Part shown: piece by piece, positions 1-8,063 of the stretch
Layout: each line of letters starts with the position of its first letter
Position numbering within the stretch: the first letter of the stretch is position 1
Assembly (NCBI GenBank): GCA_015520105.1
Contig: WAQT01000010.1
Location: 1 to 57,004 of the forward strand
Direction of reading: 5' to 3'
DNA from: Candidatus Aenigmatarchaeota archaeon
GTDB taxonomy: Archaea > Aenigmatarchaeota > Aenigmatarchaeia > QMZP01
DNA: 57,004 bases
Position numbers and translations under genes: made by a program
Notes under the pieces: generated by a model
Told to the model about the DNA's origin: nothing
What the model saw: the letters and a program-made list of their open reading frames with translations, nothing else
Database searches by the model: none

Positions 1-1099
1 TCTTCCTGACCTTGAATTTTCTGTCCAGCCTCTTGAGAATCTCCACTATGCCGCCGTACTCGAGTTCGGAGTAACCGAGCATCGCGTTTCCAGAGAAGCC
101 CTGCCTCCTGATTTCCGTGGCTTTCTCAGAGACCTTCTGCCTCACGTGGTCCCAGTAGGGGTGATCGAAAGCGTCCGCGGGCTCTGTGAGCCTTCCCTTC
201 TGCACGCAGAACGCCGCGCATGAAACTATAGGAGGGCCGTCGAAGAAGGATATCGTGGAGTTGAGCTTCACAGGCATCAGGGGACCGTTGTGCGAGCCGC
301 GGCAGAAGCCGGCAACGTAGTGGCCTATGCTGAAGGGGGCGAGAACCTCGCCTGTTGCAGGGAACATCTTCTGCGTCCTCACGAGCATCACAGGGTCGTC
401 CTTTCCCGTGTATTTCCCTGCTATGTTGTGCAGCCGTGTGGTGGAGACAGCGGCGGCCTGGTCTTTCGTGGCCCTCGAGTATATCGACTCCACCACGAAC
501 CTTTCATTGTCGCGGAGAAGCGCGGCGAGGTCGTACATCTCCTCAGGAGTGCTGAGGGATATCACCCTGTCACCCTTCGTGTAGTTCACGTCCATCACAT
601 GGAAGGTGAAGCCCTTGCTGAGCTTCGGGGAGAGGAGTAGTCCTCCGTTGTACATCGGGTCAGCGAACGCGAGGAAGAGGGGAAGGTTGTACGCTCCGGG
701 TTCGGTCTTGTCCGCAGCGAAGAAGAGGAACGGTTCATTCGTTCTCTCCTCGAACTCCATCTCGGCCACAGCGGGGCCCATTCCCTTAACGTTTCCCGAG
801 AACGAGGACTTCAGGAGGTCCTGTCCCGCGCCGTACAGGCCCTGCTCCTTGGCAACTTTGGTTCCCTCGAGGAAGGCGTCCCACGCAAGCCTGTGTATCT
901 CCCTGCTGGACTTCCCGTGGGTATGCGTCATCAGTATCGCTATGTCGTCTCCTGTGTAGCTCACATAGAAGTCGATAAGGAGGTCGCGGCCGTGCGCCTT
1001 TACGTGATTTTTAACCGCGCTGAGAACCGCGTGGCTTGGTTTTATATGCCCTCCGATGCTTCCGATGTCTGCCTTTATCACAGAAAGCGTGATTTTCAT
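1..1099 (-). CDS. fbp: Fructose-1,6-bisphosphate aldolase/phosphatase (archaeal type), C-terminal end runs off the window
   Basis: Absent from the ORF track because there is no stop inside the window. My minus-strand translation from the ATG at 1099..1097 reads MKITLSVIKADIGSIGGHIKPSH...YTGDDIAILMTHTHG...GLYGAGQDLLKSSFSGNVKGMGP...RGSHNGPLMPVKLN, open to the window edge. This matches the hallmark layout of the family. Confidence 0.85.
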   Translation of the reverse strand, partial: MKITLSVIKADIGSIGGHIKPSHAVLSAVKNHVKAHGRDLLIDFYVSYTGDDIAILMTHTHGKSSREIHRLAWDAFLEGTKVAKEQGLYGAGQDLLKSSFSGNVKGMGPAVAEMEFEERTNEPFLFFAADKTEPGAYNLPLFLAFADPMYNGGLLLSPKLSKGFTFHVMDVNYTKGDRVISLSTPEEMYDLAALLRDNERFVVESIYSRATKDQAAAVSTTRLHNIAGKYTGKDDPVMLVRTQKMFPATGEVLAPFSIGHYVAGFCRGSHNGPLMPVKLNSTISFFDGPPIVSCAAFCVQKGRLTEPADAFDHPYWDHVRQKVSEKATEIRRQGFSGNAMLGYSELEYGGIVEILKRLDRKFKVRK

Positions 1100-1199
1100 A
1101 ATGAATATTATTGCGGCGCCGGGTTAAAAAGATGCTTCCTGAGCAGAGATAATATTAAGACAGAGATAATTTAATAGGGAACAAAGATAATATGATAGT

Positions 1200-2669
1200 A
1201 TGGGTGTGTTCTCCAAGACTTACACTGTCAGGAAAGGCGTGAAGGTTTACAAGCTCTTTATAGACGGGAGGTGGACAGAGGCCTCGAACAGGGCGACGTT
1301 CGATGTGAGGAACCCTGCCACAGGGAGGGTCATCGCAAGGGTTCAGAAGGCGCCGAAGGAGGACGCGGAGAGGGCGATAAAGTCTGCGTGGAAGGCGAGA
1401 AGCAGCATGGCTGAGATGCCCATGATAAAAAGGGTCGAGCTTCTCGAGAAGCTTTCCAGTCTTGTGGAGAAACACAGCAAGGAGCTTGTGGACACCATAG
1501 TGGCAGAGGCGGGCAAGCCGCTGAGCGTTGCGCAGGGAGAGGTGAAGGCAAGCGTGGAGAGGCTGAAGCTCGCTGTGGAAGAGGTCAAGGCGATGCGGGG
1601 AGAGTACATTCCCGGCGACTTAACTCCGGACACCATAGGGAAGTTCGGGATAGTGAAGAGGAAACCGCAGGGTGTGGTTCTGGCGATAGGGCCTTTCAAC
1701 TACCCGCTCTTCATTCCTGTCTCGAAGATAGCCCCGGCACTTGCATCAGGGAATTCCGTGGTGTTCAAGGCAGCGAGCGATGACCCAATATGCATGATAA
1801 TGTTTGCGCGGCTTGTGGAACTCTCCGGGTTTCCGAAGGGGTCTTTCAACATATTGACGGGGTCAGGAAGTGAGATAGGCGACTTCATCGTTTCGCATCC
1901 GATGGTAAGCATGATATCATTCACCGGCTCCTCGACTGCGGGGAAGAGGATCGCCTCCATCGCTGGAATGAAGAGGCTTCACCTCGAGCTTGGCGGGAAG
2001 TGTCCCGGAATCGTGTTCGACGACGCAGACCTGGAGGTGGCTGTGAAGGAATGCGCGAAGGGGAGCCTGAAGTTCCAGGGTCAGAGGTGCGACGCGCTCT
2101 CAAGGATAATAGTTCAGGAAGGGATATACGACGAGTTCGTGAGGAGGATAACGAAGGAAGCGAAGAGGTGGAAGATGGGAGACCCCAGAAAGAAGGATAC
2201 CATGATAGGGCCTCTGATAAACGAGAAAGCAGCGGACAGGGTGGAAAGCTTTATAGAGGATGCGGTGAAGAAGGGCGCGAAGCTGAAGACAGGAGGGAAG
2301 AGGAAGGGCCTCTACATAGAGCCGACTGTTCTTGCTGACGTGAACTCTTCGATGAGGATTTCGTGCGAGGAGACATTCGGCCCGGTTGTCGCGATAATGA
2401 AGTTCAGGACGTTCGATGAGGCGATAAGGATAGCTAACTCTTCGAATTACGGCCTTGATGAGAGCGTGTTCACAAGGGACGTGAACAAGGCTGTAAAGGC
2501 GGCGGAGCTTATAGAGGCCGGCACTGTCACGATAAACGCAGCCCCGTCGCATGGCCTCGGAAACTTCCCCTTCGGAGGAGACAAGGACTCCGGGATGGGA
2601 AGGGAGGGTATGAACTACTCCGTAGAGGAGATGACTAAGCTCCACACCATCGTGTTCAGCAACAAATGA
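1200..2669 (+). CDS. gapN: Aldehyde dehydrogenase, non-phosphorylating glyceraldehyde-3-phosphate dehydrogenase (GAPN)-like
   Basis: 489 aa ORF. It has the ALDH fold motifs GPFNYP (GAPN-type rather than PWNFP), ELGGK, and catalytic GQRC. Confidence 0.6.
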   Translation: MGVFSKTYTVRKGVKVYKLFIDGRWTEASNRATFDVRNPATGRVIARVQKAPKEDAERAIKSAWKARSSMAEMPMIKRVELLEKLSSLVEKHSKELVDTIVAEAGKPLSVAQGEVKASVERLKLAVEEVKAMRGEYIPGDLTPDTIGKFGIVKRKPQGVVLAIGPFNYPLFIPVSKIAPALASGNSVVFKAASDDPICMIMFARLVELSGFPKGSFNILTGSGSEIGDFIVSHPMVSMISFTGSSTAGKRIASIAGMKRLHLELGGKCPGIVFDDADLEVAVKECAKGSLKFQGQRCDALSRIIVQEGIYDEFVRRITKEAKRWKMGDPRKKDTMIGPLINEKAADRVESFIEDAVKKGAKLKTGGKRKGLYIEPTVLADVNSSMRISCEETFGPVVAIMKFRTFDEAIRIANSSNYGLDESVFTRDVNKAVKAAELIEAGTVTINAAPSHGLGNFPFGGDKDSGMGREGMNYSVEEMTKLHTIVFSNK

Positions 2670-2774
2670 CGCTGCAGCGGTGAAGTATTTATTGTTTCTC
2701 TGCCAATTATAATCAGGAGTGACAGGGGTGCGAGCACGGCTGTAATCTGCCTTGTTCCGGAAAAACATGCAGAA

Positions 2775-2960
2775 GTGGACGAGGGTCACATATACGACGC
2801 TGCAAGACGTCTGAAGTGCAGCGAGTATGAAATCTTTCTGAAGGCTGCTGAAGCATGGAGCGTGAACTGGAGTCGAGCTAAGGAAGATTTTAAGAGTTAT
2901 CTCTGGCATTCTGATGTTCCTCACTATGTGAGAGATTTCGTGAGAAGGCTTGGTGAGTGA
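2775..2960 (+). CDS. Small hypothetical protein (GTG start), tandem paralog of the next ORF
   Basis: 61 aa ORF abutting the next ORF (TGAATG). It shares the pattern K.DF..Y....VP.Y.R with 2961..3170. Confidence 0.35.
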   Translation: MDEGHIYDAARRLKCSEYEIFLKAAEAWSVNWSRAKEDFKSYLWHSDVPHYVRDFVRRLGE

Positions 2961-3170
2961 ATGGAGTTGCCGTTATGGTTTCTTGAGGACGAATCGGTCG
3001 TTGACAGGGCCGCAGCGGAGAACGGCTTCGTCAGCGTGCTGGATTTCTTTCTGGTTGTGGGAGAGAAGATAGGGATTGAATATGAGTGTGTTAAGAGGGA
3101 CTTTCTTCTCTACAGGACATTCGGCATGGTTCCGGAGTATATAAGGAACGAAGCGATGATATATAAATAG
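2961..3170 (+). CDS. Small hypothetical protein
   Basis: 69 aa ORF with an ATG start, weakly similar to the preceding ORF. Confidence 0.4.
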   Translation: MELPLWFLEDESVVDRAAAENGFVSVLDFFLVVGEKIGIEYECVKRDFLLYRTFGMVPEYIRNEAMIYK

Positions 3171-3188
3171 CAGCGATAAAGAAATAAG

Positions 3189-4037
3189 GTGCAGAGCATG
3201 AACGTGCAGGAGTTTCTCCAGATGTTCGGTGCCGCTGTGGTGGATTTCTTCAGCAGGCTGGTTCCGGAATACATAATCCCGAACCTGCAGGTGATAATAC
3301 AGGTTATAGTGCTTCTTGTAGTCGCCTATGTCGTCGGAAAGATAGGAAAGGCTGTGACTGTAAAACTTCTCAGCGTGGTCGGGCTGAAAAAGATAACGAT
3401 AAGGAGCTGGACAGACGACATACTGAAGGCTGTCGGTTATCGCGGAACGATAGTAGGGCTCATCGGCGACCTGGTAAAGTGGTTCATATATATTCTCTTC
3501 CTCGGAGCGATAATAGAGACCCTTGGATTCCCAGGACTCGTGAATGTCTTCAACCAGATAGCGATATTTGTTCCGAGATTTATACTGGCGATACTCATTG
3601 TGGTGATAGGATTCCTTGTCGCGGACTTCATGGGCAAGGTGTTCGAGGAAGCGGGAAGGAGGTTTTTTGTGGACGAGGCGCTGGGCTTCCTTTCCGGTGC
3701 GTTCATAAAGTATTCCATTGCTCTTATATCCGTGATAATGTCCCTTTCACTTGTTGGTCTGGACACGGTATCGCTCACTGTAATGTTTTCTGTGGTGCTT
3801 GGAGGAACGATAGCGGTGTTCCTGCTGGGAGTGAAGGACATCCTTCCAAACTTCTCGTCCGGGATTGCGCTGAAGAGGGAGATAAAACACGGGGAACACA
3901 TAAAGGTTGGTGAATATTCCGGATATGTGGAGAGGATAAATCCAACCTCTATTGTCCTGAAAAGCGGACAGAAAAGGATTATAATTCCGAATTCGCTTCT
4001 GATGTCGAGGCCTGTGGAGAAATCGGGACACAGATGA
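3189..4037 (+). CDS. MscS-family mechanosensitive ion channel
   Basis: Several N-terminal TM helices, then the beta-domain motif GEHIKVGEYSGYVERINPTSIVLKSGQKRIIIPNSLL. The start may be the ATG at 3198. Confidence 0.7.
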   Translation: MQSMNVQEFLQMFGAAVVDFFSRLVPEYIIPNLQVIIQVIVLLVVAYVVGKIGKAVTVKLLSVVGLKKITIRSWTDDILKAVGYRGTIVGLIGDLVKWFIYILFLGAIIETLGFPGLVNVFNQIAIFVPRFILAILIVVIGFLVADFMGKVFEEAGRRFFVDEALGFLSGAFIKYSIALISVIMSLSLVGLDTVSLTVMFSVVLGGTIAVFLLGVKDILPNFSSGIALKREIKHGEHIKVGEYSGYVERINPTSIVLKSGQKRIIIPNSLLMSRPVEKSGHR

Positions 4038-4077
4038 TGTCCCGAAAGTTAATTAGGAAGTCGGGACAATTATTTTC

Positions 4078-5052
4078 ATGAGGATAAGCTTCAGGCGCGG
4101 ATACACTGTTTATTCAACACCGGGGAACGTGACCTATGTCGCGCTCCATTCAGGTCCTGCTCTCGAGACCGTGACATCAAGGGATGAGAACAGCGAGACC
4201 GTTGCAAGCCTGTGCTGGCTCAAGACCGGTGGAAAGCTTGTGGTTTCGGGGCTTTCGAGGAAGATGTCCTTCGGTATCGACTTCAACAGGGGAATCCCTC
4301 CGAAAAGGGATGCCCTGAAACTCTTTGAGGATTTCATGAAGGATGAGAACAGGGAGAGGCTTTTCGAGTTCAGGAAGAAGTATGCGTGGTCTGCAGCAAG
4401 CGAGGATGACTACAAAAGAAGGCTGGGAATATACAGGAGCTTCTGGGAAGAGGTGAAGAAAGGGGACTTCGTGGTTCTTGTGCACAGGTGCTACACGAGG
4501 ATGAAGAACGTTCCGATGCTCATGGACTTTACAAGCTTTGACGGAAAGGGAATAGACAAAGGGATTCTTGAGGAGGCAGTGAAGGAGGTGAACAGAAAGA
4601 ACGAAAAGTTCTTCAAGAAAATCGAAAAGGAGTACAAAGCGGTCACTCTTATAGAACAGGAAAGGGTGGCAAGGACAATAGAGAGGGTGTACGGAAAGTT
4701 CGTTCTCGGGAAGAGAAACTCCAGCGACCATGCATACAATATCCATGCAGACATGGAGGTTATCAGGAAGCTCTGCCCGAAGGATGTTTTTGAGAAGCTC
4801 TCGGAGAACTTCAGTCCGAGAAACTTCCTCTATGCCTGCAAGAAGGCCCTTGAGAACGCGGACACACCACGGGTTACTGTTGAGCATGTTTTCAAGGGCC
4901 TGAGGTCTATAGGACCGAAGAAGCAGCTTCTCTCAAAGAGAAGGAAGGTTATAAATGTGGAATCCACGGCGTTTCTGAATTTCTGGTATCCTCACAAGGC
5001 CGCGGAGATGATAACAGACGTGGTGGAGAGGATAAGGAATTCAACAACATGA
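4078..5052 (+). CDS. Hypothetical protein
   Basis: 324 aa ORF with coding-like composition. I do not recognise a family. Confidence 0.5.
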   Translation: MRISFRRGYTVYSTPGNVTYVALHSGPALETVTSRDENSETVASLCWLKTGGKLVVSGLSRKMSFGIDFNRGIPPKRDALKLFEDFMKDENRERLFEFRKKYAWSAASEDDYKRRLGIYRSFWEEVKKGDFVVLVHRCYTRMKNVPMLMDFTSFDGKGIDKGILEEAVKEVNRKNEKFFKKIEKEYKAVTLIEQERVARTIERVYGKFVLGKRNSSDHAYNIHADMEVIRKLCPKDVFEKLSENFSPRNFLYACKKALENADTPRVTVEHVFKGLRSIGPKKQLLSKRRKVINVESTAFLNFWYPHKAAEMITDVVERIRNSTT

Positions 5053-5088
5053 CTTTTGAGCCGGGGTCTCCCAGACCTCACAGAAGAG

Positions 5089-5097
5089 TTTTAAATA
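5089..5097 (+). promoter_or_regulatory. Putative TATA box for the tRNA-Arg/tRNA-Pro unit
   Basis: TTTTAAATA centred about 27 nt upstream of the tRNA 5' end at 5120. The other tRNA genes here show the same spacing. Confidence 0.45.
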
Positions 5098-5119
5098 AGT
5101 ACGCATCAAAGTTATACGT

Positions 5120-5423
5120 GCCCCCGTAGCTCAGCTGGATAGAGCACTGGCCTTCTATCCCATATCTCAGGATAGAAGATTCGAGGCCTTCCGGCCGGTG
5201 AGAGGAAAGCCAGGGGTCGTGGGTTCAAAACACAAGAAGGGGAACACATTTCCCCTTCTTAGTGTCGTATCATCCCCTTTAGTACAGGATAACAAGGCAA
5301 GGGTTAACCGATAGTGCAAATGGAGAGGGAACCAAAGTTCCTACTCTTGTATCGTCTATCATGTCACAGGATAACAGGCAACACCATTAACTGGGGATAT
5401 AGAGGGGAATCCCTCCGGGGGCA
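5120..5423 (+). tRNA. tRNA-Arg(UCU) with two introns (about 5158..5207 at 37/38; about 5230..5408 in the T-loop)
   Basis: Acceptor GCCCCCG/CGGGGGC+A. D-arm GCTC-AGCTGGATA-GAGC. Anticodon stem CTGGC/GCCAG with loop CT-TCT-A. T-arm GTGGG-TTCAAA[intron]AT-CCCTC, which implies one U-U mismatch at 50:64. Confidence 0.7.
5250..5333. repeat. Conserved T-loop-intron module (copy in tRNA-Arg)
   Basis: The core 5268..5333 (TATCATCCCCTTTAGTACAGGATAACAAGGCAAGGGTTAACCGATAGTGCAAATGGAGAGGGAACC) matches 26858..26924, differing by one substitution and one 1-nt indel. Confidence 0.85.
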
Positions 5424-5426
5424 CAT

Positions 5427-5707
5427 GGGACCGTGGTGTAGTGGCATCATTGGAGCATGGGGCAGAACCCTTTTACGGGAGGCTGCCGCCTTCCTCAAAA
5501 GCGTTCACGGAAAATGTAAAAGGGTTTTACGGAGCGCTTCAGACCTGGGTTCGATAGAACCCTTTTGGACAGGCAAGCGTCCAAAAGCGTTCACGGAAAG
5601 ACAGCTTCCGCGTAACAACGGGAGCTGACGCTTCCGAACCCTTTTGGACAGGCAAACATCAACGCTTTTGCGTGCCTCCAGAAGGAACGGAAATCCCAGC
5701 GGTCCCA
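5427..5707 (+). tRNA. tRNA-Pro(GGG) with two introns (5463..5534 at 37/38; about 5555..5692 in the T-loop)
   Basis: Acceptor GGGACCG/CGGTCCC+A. D-arm GTGT-AGTGGCA-TCAT. Anticodon stem GGAGC/GCTTC with loop AT-GGG-G. T-arm CTGGG-TTCGA[intron]AT-CCCAG. It starts 3 nt after tRNA-Arg. Confidence 0.7.
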
Positions 5708-7336
5708 TTATATCTTTTCAAGAATTTTCGCGACCCTTTCCCTGCCGGCCACGGTTATGAGGGAGGCCAGCCTTGGGCCTGAGGGCTTTCCCAGAAGAGC
5801 GAGGTATGCGGCCTCGAAGAACCTCTGCGGCCTGATGTTTCTCTTATTGGATATCTCGAAGAAGAGATTGTAAAGCTCCTTCTCGTTCCTGTCCTTCTCC
5901 ACGAGCTTTCCGGCAAGGTCTTTCAGGCATTCCATCTGCTCTGGGGAAAGTTTCTTTACTATTCCCGGGTCAGGGTTGTCTTTTATGCATATCCTGTACT
6001 GTTCCGGGGCGTACAGCCGCGCCCAGTTTCCTGCGAGTACGAGACGCCTCTCCACGCTTTCCCTGTCCTGCTTTGAGAGTTCTCCCTTTATGTGGCCAGT
6101 CCTCTTCAGTATGCCAACAGCCGATTCCAAGAGAGTGTCTCCGGGAACTATCTGGGATATCATTGCAGAAAACGTGTAGGGAATCCTGAGAGGAGGTTTC
6201 TTCGGTATTGTCCTGCTGGACATCTCGTACATCCTTTTCATGTTCCTCCTGTCCTTCTCGTTCCTCTCCTCCTCGAGGCCAAAAAACACCCTCTCAACCC
6301 TCTCGAACTCGTCAACGAGCAGGTGTACGTTCCTGAGGTCGAGGTCTCTCTGCTTTCCCGGTTTCTTCGTGTAGAAGTAGAGGAAAACCTCAGGCTCTAT
6401 TATTTTGAGAATGTCCTGAGTGATGTAGACGTTGCCCTGCGAGGCGCTCATCTTCTCGCCGTTCACGAGGAAGAACTCGTAGACATAGGGAACCGGCGGT
6501 TCTATCTCAAAGACCCTTCTCGCTATCTCCTGTCCGCTTTGCCATGAGCCTGCGTAGTGGTCCTTCCCGAAGGGCTCGAAGTTGGTTTCGAATATCTTCC
6601 ACTGGGCAGGCCACTCGAACCTCCACTGAAGCTTTCCCTGCCTGAAGGAGACCTCTCCTTTCCATCCGCAGCCCTCGCTTCTCTTCTTCTTTATCGCCTT
6701 TCCCCCGCACACGAAACTCACTGTTTTGCTTTCCAGATTGAAGCCGGAGACATTCGTCAGGACACCGCAGTTCGGGCATATCGCGTCGAAGGGTATGTAA
6801 TCCTTTCCCTTGGTCTTCTGGTACTTGCTTATAATCTCTCCTGCTGTCTCCGCCTTCCTGAACACCGTCTCTATGTGGGGGTCAAACGCTCCCTTCCTGT
6901 AAAGCTCGTCGTTGGAGAATCTCTCCGGCTTTATCCCGAGTTCGTGGAGGCCTGACACCCAGAGGTTGTCGAAGTGATGGGCGTAGCTCCTGCAGCAGCC
7001 GAACGGGTCGGGTATGTTGCAGAGGGGGTGGCCCGAGTATTTCCTCAGTTCCGGAAACTTTTCCGAGGGGAACCATTTTCCGTCAAGGTCAGCAAGCCTC
7101 GCGGGTATGTCCTTCAGTGGGTCCCTGTCGTCGCTGGTGTTCACGAACCTCGCCTTCGCTCCCTTCTCTGTGACAGCCTTATAGACAAAATAGGCCCTCA
7201 CAGGGTCGTTCAGGTTTCCTATGTGCTTCCCTCCGGAAGGGGTCTGGCCGCTTCTTATGGATACGATTTTCTTCTCCTTCCTTGCCCTTCTTATTACGGC
7301 GTCAGCGAGCTGGTCTGCCCAGAACAGGGATTCCAT
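5708..7336 (-). CDS. lysK: Lysyl-tRNA synthetase, class I
   Basis: 542 aa. It has the HIGN signature (GGKHIGNL), KMSASQG (KMSKS-like) and the archaeal class I LysRS layout. Confidence 0.85.
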   Translation of the reverse strand: MESLFWADQLADAVIRRARKEKKIVSIRSGQTPSGGKHIGNLNDPVRAYFVYKAVTEKGAKARFVNTSDDRDPLKDIPARLADLDGKWFPSEKFPELRKYSGHPLCNIPDPFGCCRSYAHHFDNLWVSGLHELGIKPERFSNDELYRKGAFDPHIETVFRKAETAGEIISKYQKTKGKDYIPFDAICPNCGVLTNVSGFNLESKTVSFVCGGKAIKKKRSEGCGWKGEVSFRQGKLQWRFEWPAQWKIFETNFEPFGKDHYAGSWQSGQEIARRVFEIEPPVPYVYEFFLVNGEKMSASQGNVYITQDILKIIEPEVFLYFYTKKPGKQRDLDLRNVHLLVDEFERVERVFFGLEEERNEKDRRNMKRMYEMSSRTIPKKPPLRIPYTFSAMISQIVPGDTLLESAVGILKRTGHIKGELSKQDRESVERRLVLAGNWARLYAPEQYRICIKDNPDPGIVKKLSPEQMECLKDLAGKLVEKDRNEKELYNLFFEISNKRNIRPQRFFEAAYLALLGKPSGPRLASLITVAGRERVAKILEKI

Positions 7337-7378
7337 ACGAAGAGATGGGTTTCTGGTTTTTTAAGCTTCCTAAAGAAA

Positions 7379-8059
7379 TCAATCCAGCTCCTCGAACGCG
7401 TGGCTGTGCGAGGCCGAAAGCGCGGGTTTCTTCTCCGGCTTGCCGGTTTCCTTTTTTTCCCGAACTTTCTCTCGGCTCTCCTCAGGGGGCTTCCCGAGAC
7501 TCTCGTTTTGAGAAGCTTTCGGTTCCGGCTCTTCGGTTTCAGGCCTGTTCAGGGAGGGAGCAAGCTCCCTTCCGGACTCCGCTGCCGACCTGAGCCTCTC
7601 CTTCACGGACTCCCTGCTCTCGCCGAAGTACCTCTCAAACTCAGGCGTGAGGGAGAGAATCTTGGTGTGGCCCTTCTTCTCGCTTTTTATGAGGCCTCTC
7701 TTCACGAGGTCCTTAATGTAGGAATAGGCCTTGTTTCCCTGAATCTTTATGATGTCCGACTGCTTGACAGGCTCCTTGTACGCGACAAGGGCGAGCGTTC
7801 TCTTCTGGCCTCCTGAGAGGTCGGAATGTGGAGTGAGGTGCGAGACCCTTGGAAGCAGGGAAGTCGGGACCTGCATCTCCCAGCCGTTTGGGGTGGACAC
7901 TATCTCCATTCCCCTTCCGGAGTATTCCCTCTGAAGCTCCTCGAGAATCTCCTTCACGTGGCCGAGAGAGTGGACTCCGGATATCTTCCCGAGTTCGTTT
8001 ATCATGAGAGGCCTCGGGGATATGAAGAGCGCGGCCTCGATTAACCTTTTCGCTTCCAT
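7379..8059 (-). CDS. scpB: Segregation and condensation protein B with a charged low-complexity C-terminal tail
   Basis: The N-terminus IEAALFISPRPL... and two winged-helix-like halves are typical of ScpB. It lies directly downstream of scpA. Confidence 0.75.
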   Translation of the reverse strand: MEAKRLIEAALFISPRPLMINELGKISGVHSLGHVKEILEELQREYSGRGMEIVSTPNGWEMQVPTSLLPRVSHLTPHSDLSGGQKRTLALVAYKEPVKQSDIIKIQGNKAYSYIKDLVKRGLIKSEKKGHTKILSLTPEFERYFGESRESVKERLRSAAESGRELAPSLNRPETEEPEPKASQNESLGKPPEESREKVREKKETGKPEKKPALSASHSHAFEELD

Positions 8060-8063
8060 TCTA

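Noticed and set aside
290-1174. Several plus-strand ORFs (290..640, 327..584, 606..959, 893..1174) in the first kilobase
   Set aside because: They are antisense to a continuous, strongly family-like minus-strand reading frame (FBP aldolase/phosphatase). Their products are low-complexity and R/P/S-rich.
2100-2924. 274-aa minus-strand ORF antisense to the aldehyde dehydrogenase
   Set aside because: It is antisense to a well-supported CDS, and I recognise no motif in it. It is a typical shadow ORF in GC-balanced coding DNA.
5314-5628. 104-aa ORF starting MQMEREPKF, and its look-alike at 26905..27096 (MQMEREPRF)
   Set aside because: Both start inside the shared T-loop-intron module and lie within or across tRNA genes. 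The similarity ends where the nucleotide repeat ends, so it reflects the DNA repeat rather than a conserved protein.
6974-7816. Long antisense ORFs opposite well-supported genes. Plus strand: 6974..7816, 20980..21759, 49998..50852, 53046..53663. Minus strand: 29460..30218, 32005..32757, 36064..36951, 39126..39761, 40414..41043, 44310..44966, 51076..51747
   Set aside because: Each lies opposite a gene with clear family motifs and has skewed R/P/S/L-rich composition. I found no independent support for any of them.
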